NCBI GenBank assembly: GCA_950097015.1
Contig: CATNEN010000003.1
Coordinates: 15,500,001 to 15,564,000, forward strand
Direction of reading: 5' to 3'
Length of the DNA stretch: 64,000 bases
Origin: Macrostomum hystrix
Taxonomy: Eukaryota > Animalia > Platyhelminthes
Position numbers and translations under genes: made by a program. Below are positions 35,101-49,600 of this stretch, piece by piece; the first letter of the stretch is position 1; the number at the start of each line of letters is the position of its first letter. Under the pieces are notes generated by a model that saw only the letters and a list, made by a program, of their open reading frames with translations, did not search any database and was not told the origin of the DNA.

Positions 35101-38100
35101 TTCAGGCAATCAGCCCTTTATCCTCTCTCTCTCTCTATTCAGTGCTTTAGGCAATCAGCCCTTTATCCTCTCTCTCTTTAGTGTTTCAGGCAATCAGCCC
35201 TTTATCATCTCTCTCTTCAGTGCTTCAGCCAATCAGCCCTTTATCCTCTCTCTCTTCAGTGCTTCAGGCAATCAGCCCTTTATCCTCTCTCTCTCTCTAT
35301 TCAGTGCTTCAGGCAATCAGCCCTTTATCCTCTCTCTCTTCAGTGCTTCAGCCAATCAGCCCTTTATCATCTCTCTCTTCAGCTTCAGGCGTTTATCCTC
35401 CTCCTTCAGAGCCTCTATAAATCAGTTCTATTTTCCTATTAAAATTGTTTTGCATTAAAGTAACACTGTCGCTTTGTTTTTTTTCTTTTAATATTTCTTT
35501 TGAGTTAGTACTCCAGATAATTATTGCAAAAAACTCTACGATCTTCTTCTGTACTTTTTCGATGCATTTTCTAGCAACTCAGTGTTTAGACGTTTATTTC
35601 CCTATCCCCTTCTGTGTGTGTGTCTTTGTGTGTTTTTTGGCCACGCCCTACAATCATTGCAGTGCTGTTAGTTAATTCCCCACAGTTTGAAAGAACGGTT
35701 ACTGCATGCAAATTCCATTTGGTTTGTTGAAAAATTTCTATCTTATAGAATAAAATAATGTTTGAATAATGTGTTTTTGTTTCTTACGTTTGTTTTCCTG
35801 CATTAGTAGAACTATATAGTCTAATTACCACATACTATATAAAGACCCGCTTTTGTTGTTTAATAAACCCCAGTCTAATTACTTATAGTTATATTGTCTC
35901 TTTGGTGACTGTCGTTGATTTTTTATTTTAATTTTATCGTTCTATTTACTTTTTTTCTCAGCGAAGTACGGCTTTGAAATTATTTGAAAAAATACGTTAA
36001 AATAAATGCAAACTACTCTACTTACCAGATTCTAAGTAGTACGCACTGAAAACCCATCTATACGCTTATCCAGGCGTTGTTAACGTGACCCAGGCCTCGC
36101 GACCGGCCCTAGACAAAGCCGCCCAACTGTTGGGCGTCGATCCGGCCCGCCTAGAGGAGTCCCTCATCACTCGCATCACCCAGGCCGCGCGAGGCGGCGC
36201 CCAGGGCGGCATTGTGCGCATCGCCCTACGCCTTGACGAGGCCGCTAGCGCCAGGGACGCCCTAGCCAAGGCGGTCTATTCTCGCCTATTCGACTATATT
36301 GTACTGCGCGTCAATCAGGCTCTGCCGTTCTCCAACTCGCAGAGCTACATTGGCGTCTTAGACATTGCCGGCTTCGAGTATTTCCAACGGAATAGCTACG
36401 AACAGTTTAGCATTAATTATTGCAATGAGAAATTGCAGCAGTTCTTTAACGAGCGCGTACTCAAAGAGGAGCAGCAGCTCTACCAGAAGGAGGGCCTCAA
36501 TGTCAAACGGATCGAGTTTGTTGACAACCAGGTTAGTCGCGAGATTTTCCTGCCTGAAAACACGATAAATCCCATCGGGATTATAAAAACATATTAATAC
36601 CGTCCGGATTATCCCAAAAAGATTTATCCCATCGAGATTAATCCCTTCGAAATTATTCCAACAACAAGAATAATATAGAGATTTTCAACAAGATGCAACA
36701 AGATTAATCGCATAGAGGTTATCCAACTAGGTTTATCCCATCGAGATTATCCAGGCTTACATTAATCTCATCAAGCTCATTCTAACAAGGTTGATCCCAT
36801 AAAGATAAATCCCATCGAGATTATCCCAAAAATGTTAATCCTATCGAGATTATCCCAGCAAGATTAATCCCATTGAGATAATCCCAGCAAGGCTAATCCC
36901 ATTCCCGTTGAGATGGCCCCAATATTAATGGTCCTATTTTAGGATATCGTATGGGATATTATACCATTAAAATTTGTTATCCGAAAAGACAATTGGGATC
37001 TTTTCTCCCTAGATATATTACTCATCAAATCCCATAAAAATTTTGTCCTTTAACTTGGCCACTTACATTTTCAACCCACAAAGCTTCTACAATTTTTTTC
37101 AACAAAAAGTACTGTGGTGTGCTGTGTAGAAAGTTTGTGGTGTAATGTACTCCCATTTATGAACTGTGTGCAGTTGTATAGAATACCTGCGAGAATATTT
37201 TCTAGAACAATAGGTCTCCTAATCCTATAGGCAAAACCTTTTTGTTTAAACAAAAAAGTCAACAAATCTTTCTAAAAACTTCCATTGTTGATTTATCGAA
37301 TCGATATTGCTCTGTATAACTAGGGTGTGTGAATCGCCAGGCAATGGATATAAATAAATCAGCAAATCAAACAGTCGATAAATGAAAAATCTAAATGTTT
37401 GCAAGACTGCAAAGACTTTTTTGTGGTAATTACACACCGACATTATTGTCTCTTCTCTACTAATATACTCCCAATCATATACATTACTATCTATTCCCAA
37501 TCAGATATAATCCCCTCTACTCCCAATCGGATATAATCCCACTCTATTCCCAATCAGATATAATCCCACTCTATTCCCAACCAGATATAATCCCCTCTAC
37601 TCCCAACCAGATATAATCCCACTCTATTCCCAATCAGATATATCACACTCTATTCCCAACCAGATATAATCCCACTCTATTCCCAACCAGATATAATCCC
37701 ACTCTATTCCCAACCAGATATAATCCCACTCTATTCCCAACCAGATATAATCCCCTCTACTCCCAATCGGATATATCACACTCTATTCCCAATCAAATAT
37801 AATCCCACCTACTCCCAATCAGATATAATCCCAATCAGATATATCCCACTCTATTCCCAATCAGATATAATCCCACTCTATTCCCAACCAGATATAATCC
37901 CACTCTATTCCCAATCAGATATTATCCCACTCTATTCCCAATCAGATATAATCCCCTCTACTCCCAATCAGATATAATCCCACTCTATTCCCAATCAGAT
38001 ATAATCCCACTCTTTTCCCAATCAGATATAATCCCACTCTATTCCCAATCAGATATAATCCCACTCTATTCCCAATCAGATATTATCCCACTCTATTCCC

Positions 38101-41100
38101 AATCAGATATAATCCCCTCTACTCCCAATCAGATATAATCCCACTCTATTCCCAATCAGATATAATCCCACTCTTTTCCCAATCAGATATAATCCCACTC
38201 TATTCCCAATCAGATATAATCCCACTATAATCCCAATCAGATATATCCCACTCTATTCCCAATCAGATATATCCCACTCTACTCCCAATCGGATATATCA
38301 CACTCTATTCCCAATCGGATATATCACACTCTATTCCCAATCGGATATATCACACTCTATTCCCAACCAGATATAATCACACTCTATTCCCAATCAGATA
38401 TAATCCCACTCTATTCCCAACCAGATATAATCCCACTCTATTCCCAACCAGATATAATCCCCTCTACTCCCAATCGGATATATCACACTTTATTCCCAAT
38501 CAGATATAATCCCACTCTATTCCCAATCATCCCCTCTACTCCCAATCGGATATATCACACTATTCCCAACCAGATATATCCCACTCTACTCCCAATCAGA
38601 TATAATCCCAATCAGATATATCCCACTCTACTCCCAATCAGATATAATCCCAATCAGATATATCCCACTCTATTCCCAATCAGATATATCACACTCTTTT
38701 CCCAATCAAATATAATCCCACTCTATTCCCAATCAGATATAATCCCACTATAATCCCAATCAGATATTATTAGATAGATAAAGCCGCACTATGTTGAATC
38801 AAGAATTCTGACATTTTCTAATATCCTAAATCCTGTATCAATCGAGGTTTCAAATCGAATCAGCAGTTAAATCCCATCTGAACCCCCATCCCGCCTGCAG
38901 GACTGCATCGATCTAATCGAAGCTAAAGGTAGCGGCATATTTTATCTCCTAGACGAGCAGTCTAAACTGCCGAAGCCCAGTCCTGAGACCTTCACCCAGG
39001 AGGTGTACGCCAAGAACAAGGGTCATTTCCGTCTGGCCTATCCGCGCAAATCCAAGCTAAAGAGTCACAGAGAGCTCCGAGACGACGAAGGCTTCCTAAT
39101 TCGTCACTTCGCTGGCGCAGTGTGCTATCACACCGATCAGTTTATTGAAAAGAATAACGACGCCCTGCATGCCAGCTTAGAGGCTATTGTGAAACAGTCG
39201 AGTTCTTCGCTAGTTCGCAGCCTATTTGACGACGCAGCCGGTTCAACTGGCGTTGTCGGCGCCGATGGCTCGGTTAGGAAGCCGGGCTCCCAGCCTGGCA
39301 CAGGAAAATTGGCCTTCATCTCTGTTGGCTCCAAATTCAAAGCTCAATTGGCGCAATTGATGGACAAGCTCAGATCCACAGGCACTTGTTTTATTCGCTG
39401 CATTAAGCCCAACGTGCGCATGGTTGATCACCTGTTTGAAGGCGCCGACATCTTGTCCCAGTTGCAATGCTCCGGCATGGCTTCCGTGCTAGACTTGATG
39501 CAACAGGGCTATCCAAGCCGGACCAAGTGAGTTGGACTACCGGTTTAGTCTTTAGATTCACACTTCTAGTGTACAAGTCCACCTTTCTAATCCATTAATC
39601 TACCCTTATGATGTACAAATCTACCCTTCTAATCAACAAATCTACCCTTCTAATCAACAAATCTACCCTTCTAATCAACATATCTATCATTCTAATCTAC
39701 AAATCTACCCTTCTAATCAACAAATCTACCCTTCTAATCTACAAATCTACCCTTCTAATCTACAAATCTACCCTTCTAATCAACAAATCTACCCTTCTAA
39801 TCAACAAATCGACCCTTCTAATCAACAAATCGACCCTTCTAATAAACAAATCTACCCTTCTAATCAACAAATCTACCCTTCTAATCTACAAATCTACCCT
39901 TCTAATCAACAAATCTACCCTTCTAATCAACAAATCGACCCTTCTAATCAACAAATCGACCCTTCTAATAAACAAATCTACCCTTCTAATCAACAAATCT
40001 ACCCTTCTAATCAACAAATCTACCCTTCTAATCAACAAATCTACCCTTTTAATCAACAAATCTACCCTTCTAATCTACAAATCTACCCTTCTAATCAACA
40101 AATCTACCCTTCTAATCAACAAATCGACCCTTCTAATCAACAAATCGACCCTTCTAATAAACAAATCTACCCTTCTAATCAACAAATCTACCCTTTTAAT
40201 CAACATATCTATCATTCTAATCAACAAATCTACCCTTCTAATCAACAAATCTACCCTTCTAATCAACAAATATACCCTTCTAATCAACAAATATACCCTT
40301 CTAATCAACATATCTATCATTCTAATCTACAAATCTACCCTTCTAATCAACAAATCTATCCTTCTAATCTACAAAATCGACCCTTCTAATCAACAAATCG
40401 ACCCTTCTAATAAACAAATCTACCCTTCTAATCAACAAATCTACCCTTCTAATCAACAAATCTACCCTTCTAATCAACAAATCTACCCTTTTAATCAACA
40501 TATCTATCATTCTAATCAACAAATCTACCCTTCTAATCAACAAATCTACCCTTCTAATCAACAAATATACCCTTCTAATCAACATATCTATCATTCTAAT
40601 CTACAAATCTACCCTTCTAATCAACAAATCTATCCTTCTAATCTACAAAATCTACCCTTCTAATCAACAAATCTACCCTTCTAATCAACAAATCTACCCT
40701 TCTAATCAACAAATCTACCCTTCTAATCAACAAATCTACCCTTCTAATCAACATATCTATCATTCTAATCAACATATCTTTCATTCTAATCAACAAATAT
40801 ATCCTTCTAATATACAAATCTACCCTTCTTATCTGCAAAATTTCCCTTCTAATCAACAAATCCATCTATCTAATCTAGAAATCCACCTATCTAATCTACA
40901 AATCCATCTATCTAATCTACAAATCCATCTATCTAGTCTACAAATCCATCTATCTAATCTACAAATCCATCTATCTAATCTACAAATCCATCTATCTAAT
41001 CTACAAATCCATCTATCTAGTCTACAAATCCATCTATCTAATCTACAAATCCATCTATCTAATCTACAAATCCATCTATCTAATCTACAAATCCATCTAT

Positions 41101-44100
41101 CTAGTCTACAAATCCATCTATCTAATCTACAAATCCATCTATCTAATCTACAAATCCATCTATCTAATCTACAAATCCATCTATCTAGTCTACAAATCCA
41201 TCTATCTAATCTACAAATCCATCTATCTAATCTAGAAATCCACCTATCTAGTCTACAAATCCATCTATCTAATCTACAAATCCATCTATCTAATCTACAA
41301 ATCCATCTATCTAATCTACAAATCCATCTATCTAGTCTACAAATCCATCTATCTAATCTACAAATCCATCTATCTAATCTAGAAATCCACCTATCTAGTC
41401 TACAAATCCATCTATCTAATCTACAAATCCATCTATCTAGTCTACAAATCCATCTATCTAATCTACAAATCCATCTATCTAGTCTACAAATCCATCTATC
41501 TAATCTACAAATCCATCTATCTAATCTACAAATCCATCTATCTAATCTACAAATCCATCTATCTAGTCTACAAATCCATCTATCTAATCTACAAATCCAT
41601 CTATCTAATCTACAAATCCATCTATCTAATCTACAAATCCATCTATCTAGTCTACAAATCCATCTATCTAATCTACAAATCCATCTATCTAATCTACAAA
41701 TCCATCTATCTAGTCTACAAATCCATCTATCTAATCTACAAATCCATCTATCTAATCTACAAATCCATCTATCTAATCTACAAATCCATCTACTTTTGAA
41801 ATTTTTAAAACCATTTTTTAATTCACCTATTTTATCTCAAAATCAGTCCGAAGCTCCTATTACTTGGCTACAGTCCAACTCAGTGTCCATCCTGTCAGAC
41901 TTCAAATTTAAAGTTCCTATTTGAAACAAACAATCCTCTTTCAGGTTTGACGAGCTCTATCAGCTGTACAAGGGCCGTCTTCCTCCCCAGCTCAGTCGTT
42001 TAGATCCGCGCCTATTCTGCAAGCTGCTGTTTCACGCGCTGGGCCTAAACGAACACGACTTCAAATTCGGCATCTCCAAGGTGTTTTTTAGGCCGGGAAA
42101 ATTTGCCGAATTCGATCAATTGTTGCGCTCTGATCCGGAGAACATTGCCGTGCTGGTGGCCAAAGTGAAATCTTGGCTAGTTCGCTATCGATGGCGCAAA
42201 GCTCAGTACTGCGCTTGGGAGGTGGTGAAGCTGCGCAGGAAGATCGCCTGGCGTCGCGAAATGCTTGTTAAAGTACAGAAGACCATGCGAATGTGGATCT
42301 GCGTCAAGAAGTTTAGACCGAGAATTCGCGGCCTAGCCAAAGTGCAAGCGTTGCGTAATAAGCTCAACGCCATGAACGACATTGTTAGCCAATTGAAGGC
42401 CGACAAAGAGTCCGCCAAGAAGTCTGTGGACAGCCTTATCGCCGATGTTGATGCCGTTGTCAAACAGATCAAGGTTAGTGAGACTTCTGTATTGCGATTA
42501 TTAATGATTCTTTTTTCAACTAAAAACCTCCGCTGTCACATCTCCGTGTCCATTCTTCCTCCGTTATCTCCCCGTGTCTCTTCTCCTCTGTTGTCTTATC
42601 TCCCCGTGTCCCATCTTCCCCGTTGTCTTATCTCCCCCGTGTCTCATCTCCCGGTGTCTCATCTCCCCGTGTCTCATCTCCCCCGTGTCTCATCTCTCCG
42701 GTGTCTCATCTCTCATTTGTCTCATCTCTCATTTGTCTCATCTCCCTCGTTTCTGCTCTCCCTTTGTCTCATATCTCCCCTCTTATCTCCCCCGTGTCTC
42801 ATCTCCCCTCTTATCTCCCCCGTGTCTCATCTCCCTCGTGTCCTCTCTTTCCGGTGTCTCATCTCTCCCCTCTCATCTCTCCTTTGTCTTATCTCTCCCG
42901 TTGTCTCATCTCTCCCGTTGTCTTATCTCTCCCGTTGTCTCATCTCTCCCGTTGTCTTATCTCTCCCGTTGTCTCATCTCTCCCGTTGTCCTATCTCTCC
43001 CGTTGTCTCATCTCTCCGGTGTCTCATCTCTCATTTGTCTTATCTCCCTCGTTTCTCCTCTCCCTTTGTCTCATATCTCCCCTCTTATCTCCCCCGTGTC
43101 TCATCTCCCCGTGTCTCATCCCCCCGTGTCTCATCTCTCCCGTGTCTCATCTCCCCCGTGTCTCATCTCTCCCGTTGTCTCATCTCCCTCGTGTCCTCTC
43201 TTTCCGGTGTCTCATCTCTCCCCTCTCATCTCTCCTTTGTCTTATCTCTACCGTGTCCTATCTCCTAGTTGTCCTATCTCTCCCGTGGTCTCAACTCTCC
43301 TGTTTCATTTTTCACCCTTCTCGTCTCTCACTGTCTCATCTTGCATGTCTCATTTATCCGCTGTCTAATCTCTCTCCTTTCTTGTCTCTTCATTTTCTGA
43401 TCTCTCCTGTCTGATCTCTTTACACGTGGCCCCTACTGAATTAAGGCAATTTGATACAAATATTTATCGGAAATGGACGAGTTTAGACTTGTGTTTTAGT
43501 TATAGTGAATCAGCATCGAAGTGTGTTTTATTTACTTCTATCTTTGTATGCCAGAAAATTAGCGAATAAAGTGCATGCATAAAATACGGGACAATTCTTA
43601 TTGGCCAGTTCGCTGCAGTTGTATCCAATGGGCGATGTATGTACTCGTAGACTTGAAAGAATAGTAGATCACATACTTCATACCCATATATATATATTGT
43701 AGTTAGCCTACGCGTGTTGAAATATGGTTGAAACTAACGTCAGCCAGCCCTCTGCTGTTGCTATCATCGAATTCAACACGCGTAGGCTAGCTAGAAACCG
43801 CGTTTCAGCCCTCTGCAGCCTATCAAAATCGGTATTGATGTGTATATATGTGCGGTTCAAGTACAGTAACGCCTTCACTAACGCCCAGTGAAAATGCGCA
43901 TAGTACGAGCTGTTTTAGCTGCACTGTGTCTGGCCTACATAGTTTTCTTCTTCATTGTTAGCTTCAAGAATAATCTGAAAGCGAGAATTGCTTATCAACT
44001 AACTAATCAGCCTGATCTAAACGCGTCAGAGAATGTCGACAAGCTGCAATCCGATAGATTTATAACACGCATTGTGCATCACAGCTGGAAAGTTCGTCAG

Positions 44101-46579
44101 TTGCCAACCAAACGAGCAGAAGCCTGGAGCGCCAGTTGGAGAAAGTGTTTTCCGAACTGGCAGTGGCGGCTATGGACAGATGAGGATAATTTGGCTCTAG
44201 TACGGGATCATTATCCTTGGTTCTTGCCCGTCTACCTTAGCTTTAGTAAGTCGATTGAGAGAGCCGATGTGGCCAGATATTTCTACATGTTTCACTACGG
44301 CGGTATTTATACGGATCTGGACAATGTGTGCATAAGAAACTTTGAGCACCTGCTCAATTCTACGGCCCTACTATTTGGCGGCATGGATGGCATCTATGAT
44401 AATGAGCCGCTGCTTGGGACCTACGTGCAAAATTCTTTCATGGCCTCCCGACCCGGGCATCCGTTCTGGATGCGTCTAATCAGTCTAATAATGATCTATA
44501 AGCTTCACGGTCGGCCTCGCGACAATGGCCGGCCGGCCTACATAACTGGCCCGGAGGTTCTCATGGAAGAGCTTAGACAGTATCGTCGAGGAGCGTTTAA
44601 AGATGCTCAAATCTATCCTGGAATGTACTTCAATCCGTTTAGCTGGTACAGAAACAATGTGACAGCCTGCAAGGATCTTGGCCGGATGACAGATGTGGAC
44701 GAAGCTCGTTGCATTGCCGCATTTCCTAATGCTTTTGTTGTTCAATTGCACACCCAGAGTTGGCTACTGGGCCATCTGTAACTGTGCTTAAACCAGAGAC
44801 TGTTTTTAGTTTCGATGATTTCTAATCGTTTCAGCTCAACTACTCGTACTTAACACTTCCTTGCTTGTCAACTTTGCGTGGAAAAAGAAATCCAATTATA
44901 TAAAAATAAAACTGGTGACAGAGATCACATTGTATAACGAACGAGTAAAATAACAAATCGGTAGATTTTACAAACTATTATTAAGATAAATATGAATGAA
45001 ATTAAATGAAAATGGGCAGGTAACAAGCTAATCCGAAAGGGGTCGGAGTGGCATAGCGATTAGTGCGTTTGTCTCTCGCACACCAAGGTCCCTGAGCTCG
45101 ATTCCGCGGCAAGGCCGCGTTGAGAAAGTACAGAAACGATGTACAACTTGTGTGTGAGCGTGTGCCTGCATACGATATCTGTGTGCTTGTGTGCTCAGGA
45201 GTCAGCGAAACGGGCAGAATTGCCTCCTCGTTGGCTGCGGGTCTAGTGTCACCAAATGATGTGCCACTGCCTGCAGCCCTCGTGCAATTATAGGTTTTTC
45301 CGGTCAAGTAGCAGACTAGCCTACTCAAGAGCAAATATCGCAGTTCAAGTGCGACATATTCAAGTCAAGTGGCAACAAGCGAAATCAAGTTGCAAATTGT
45401 CTATTCAGAGTTACCAAAAGAGCAAGTCAAGTGCAACATAGTCAATTCAAGAAGCAACTCATTCGTTTCTATGTGCATTTCAAATGAATCCTCGCAATTC
45501 TCGCTCAAATGATTCTATCAGTCGCTGCTTGTCCCCAGCGGGTATTCTGGCTCGTGCGGCAGCCATTTGCTGTTGAGTTGGCTTTGTCGCACTTGGTTTG
45601 GCCTTTTCTCTCTGTCGTCGTCATTGCGCAACAGTGGGGGTATATAGAGAAGCGCTCTGATTGGCTAATTTGCAATTGAACTGCGTTTGCACTTGACTTG
45701 GCTATTTTGGCAGATCAACTGACTTTCATGGACTTGAGAAGGCTATAGTCTGCTACTTGACCGGAAAAACCTATATTACGAGTATTTTTAATTATTCTTA
45801 TATAGGACAAATTCTATTGTCCTATTGTATCAAAATTAGTTAAAAATAAAAGCTCATTGGATTTATCAAACCTTGCTCCCACTCGTAAAAAGGTCTTAGA
45901 AGCCCTAGCTAATTTGACATTATGCTTTTTAAAAATCGCCACATAAAGACTGATGCCCTGTGGTTAGAGGTCAGGAGTTCGATTTCGGGAGTAATTGCGT
46001 CTTAAATAAATAAAACTCGGAGTGGTTTGCCTCGCACATTCCGACGCAATTTATAACTCGAATTCTCGCACAAATAAACAATCAAACGCAGACAGCGCAG
46101 CGAATGTCCTACGCGGAAGTTGACGCCAGCTACACTAAGCTTACTGTGAAATTCGACACTGGCTTCGCCGAGCTCAAGAAGCGCTTGGAGCAGCAGAAGA
46201 TACGCGAGGAACAGGAGCGACTGCGCCGCATCCAAGAGGATATGGAACGCGAGCGGGCCAAGAAGGCCGAGGAGGAGCGCCAGCGTCAGCTAGCCGACGA
46301 GGAGAAGCGGGCCCGCGTCGAACTGGAAGATCGCCGTCGACGAGAGGAGGCCGAGCGAAAGAAGCAAGAGGAGGCCGATAAAAAAGCAGCCGCCCTTTTG
46401 CAGAAGCAGATGGAAGAAGAGGCCGAAGCTAATAAGAAGCGATCGCAGGACGAGGAGCAGGAGAGGCTGGACAGAGAATTGGCGCTGCGCTTGGCTAGCG
46501 AAGATGCTAATCAGGTGAGACATTGCCGATGACCTATTATTAACGACCGATATACTATTATTATATTATATTATCAATA

Positions 46580-46614
<35 letters not shown>

Positions 46615-49600
46615 AACGATTGTTTAATGACCGATTGGTAATGACAGATTATAAATGACTGTTTTTTAAGGACAGTTTTTATGACCGACAGTTAATGACC
46701 GACTATTTATGACCTACTGTTAATGACCGACTGTTTACGACCGACTGATAATGACTGATCGTCGATGACTAATTTTTGATGACCGATTGTTAATGACCGA
46801 TTTTTATTGTCCGACTGGTAATGACCAATTGTTGATGTCTGATTCCAAATGACTGATTGTTAATGACCAATTGTTGATGTCCGATTCTAAATGACCGACT
46901 GTTAAAGACCAATTGTTGATGTCCGATTCTAAATGACCGATTGTTAATAACCGATTGTTAATGACTGATCGTTGATGACGGATTGTTAATGACCGATTGT
47001 CAATGACCGATTGTTAATGACTGATCGCTGATGACGGATTGTTAATGACCGATTGTCAATGACCGATTGTACATGTTTCCGGGCGAATTTAATCATATGG
47101 CAATTTTGCCCATTTTGTTGACTTCTCGAATGTTCTTCGACGATGACCGATTGCTCATTGGCGATGACCGATTGCATATTGACGATGATCGATTCTTAAT
47201 GACAGATTGTTTTTGGGTAATGAGAGTTTTGTAATGACAAATATTCCATTGGGTGATACTCAGTGTTTTATCGATTGGATAGGTGGTAATAATATATTTT
47301 TAAGTAGCAATTGTTTGAAATGTCGTTTTCAATAGATACTTTCTTGGCATAGGCACTTTCTTCAAAACAAACTGCCTTGAATTTCTCAACCTCGCAAGGT
47401 TGAAGATCTTCAGCAGGGCCAGGCGGTTGGCGGTGGCCTGACACGCGGCGCAAATGTTCTACAGAAGCGTGCCCAGATTAGCAATAGCAAATACGATCTG
47501 AGCAAATGGAAATATGCCGAATTGAGAGACACTATTAATACTTCGTGCGATCTGGAACTGCTGGCCGCCTGTCGCGAGGAATTCCAACGCCGATTGAAAG
47601 TTTATCACGAATGGAAACAGAAGAATAAGCAGCGTGGCGGTGGATCTAATGCTGCTGCTGCTGCTGCTGCTGCTGGTGGTGGCGGCAAGACTGAAGGATC
47701 CAGGGCTCCACAGTCCGTTCTTGAGAATGGTGAGTTGCTTCTCCACATTGCCTCTTAATATTTGTGCTAGTAAGAATAGTGTAAAGTTACAGTACCTACG
47801 GTGGATAATCGTTAAATATTTGTCATTTATCGGATAGGAAATTAACTATGTGTATTTGGTTGGATTAAAAAATACTAGTCATTTGTTGGGTAGGATAGGA
47901 GGCTACGATTGGTCATTGGGTCGGGTAGGATGAAATGACTGGTCATTAATTGGGTAGGGTAGGATGAAATGACTGGTCATTCATTGGGTAGGGTAGGGTT
48001 AAATGACTGGTCATTCATTGGGTAGGGTAGGATGAAATGACTGGTCATTCATTGGGTAGGGTAGGGTTAAATGACTGGTCATTCATTGGGTAGGGTAGGG
48101 TTAAATGACTGGTCATTCATTGGGTAGGGTAGGATGAAATGACTGGTCATTAATTGGGTAGGGTAGGGTTAAATGACTGGTCATTCATTGGGTAGGGTAG
48201 GATGAAATGACTGGTCATTCATTGGGTAGGGTAGGATGAAATGACTGGTCATTCATTGGGTAGGGTAGGATGAAATGACTGGTCATTCATTGCGTAGGGT
48301 AGGATGAAATGACTGGTCATTCATTTGGTAGGGTAGGATGAAATGACCGGTCATTTTATCAGGTTGGGTAGAGGCAATGAATTGTCATTCATTGGGTCAT
48401 TGGGTAGTGTAGGATAAATAACTGGTCATTCATGGGGTAGGGTGGAGGCAATGATTGGTCATTCATTAGGTCATTGGGTAGTGTAGGATAACATGACTGG
48501 TCATTCATGGGTTAGGGTAGAGGCAATGATTGATCATTCATTGGGTCATTGGGTAGTGTAGGATAACATGACTGGTCATTCATGTGGTAGGGTAGAGGCA
48601 ATGATTGGTCATTCATTAGGTCATTGGGTCGGGCAGGAGGAAATAACTGGTCATTTATTGGCTTGAGTATGATAAGACTACGGATCATTCATAGGGTCAT
48701 TGGGAAGGATTGAGGCAGTCATTGTTCATTCGTTTAGTAGTCTAGGAAGTAACGTTCTCCACGTAGTGTGTAACGCCATAACTTCCTCATATAACTTTAA
48801 TTAAACACGAAATGTTAAGTTGGGGTTTCATAAATTAAAAATAGTCATTAAAGCTAGTAATAGATTATGAATTGTAGATTTTAGCTAAATTCCAACTTAT
48901 TTAATGCTTTATAGACAGCCATTCACCAACCGCATCAAGTTGTGAGTAATTAAAATAGATCAACTGTTAAATGTTCAGTTCACATGTTCGAAGACCTTCT
49001 AAAGTGTACTGTTATTAGCCGAGTGTTTGTTTGGCGGGTAAATCAAATTAAAACTTTTATTTCATTTTCATTTGAATTTCAGCGAAGCCAGCTGTAAAGC
49101 AAGGTAAATTATCGAGTCAGTTTGCTTAAGTTAGCATATATATAGGAAATCTTTTAAGTATAGTTAGTGATATTGCACCGGTTTTATGCGGTGTTGGGAA
49201 ATATTTCGCTTTGCCTTCTCAATCCTCGTAGACCAGTTTTCTATTTGTTTTTAGTCGAATGAAGATTTTTGTCGTAAAATTTAAAAGGACTAAACAGTCT
49301 ACTACTACTGATTACTAAGCTTTCTGAATTGTCCTGGTTTGCCTCTCATTGTGAACATAAATCGTTCTCAAATCATTTTTCGCTACATATAGGCAATTAT
49401 TTTCTAATCTAAATTGAGAAGCCTCATTTGTCTTGAGCAAGAGCAAGAGTAATTTAGAGCGAGGCATGTCGGATTTAATGAATTTTCTAAATCAGTTAAA
49501 AAACTGTTACTAATTAAATTCTAGTATTATTGCTAGCTTAGTCAATACGTTGTTCCGTGCTGCGGTGATGTGGAATGAAGTTATTTTAAACCGATGTCTA

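Noticed and set aside
34148-35458. 436-aa and 320-aa repeat ORFs
   Set aside because: 39-bp minisatellite inside myosin intron 7; flanking exons join in phase without it.
39608-40663. 351-aa (KSTLLIN)n ORF
   Set aside because: 21-bp intronic array.
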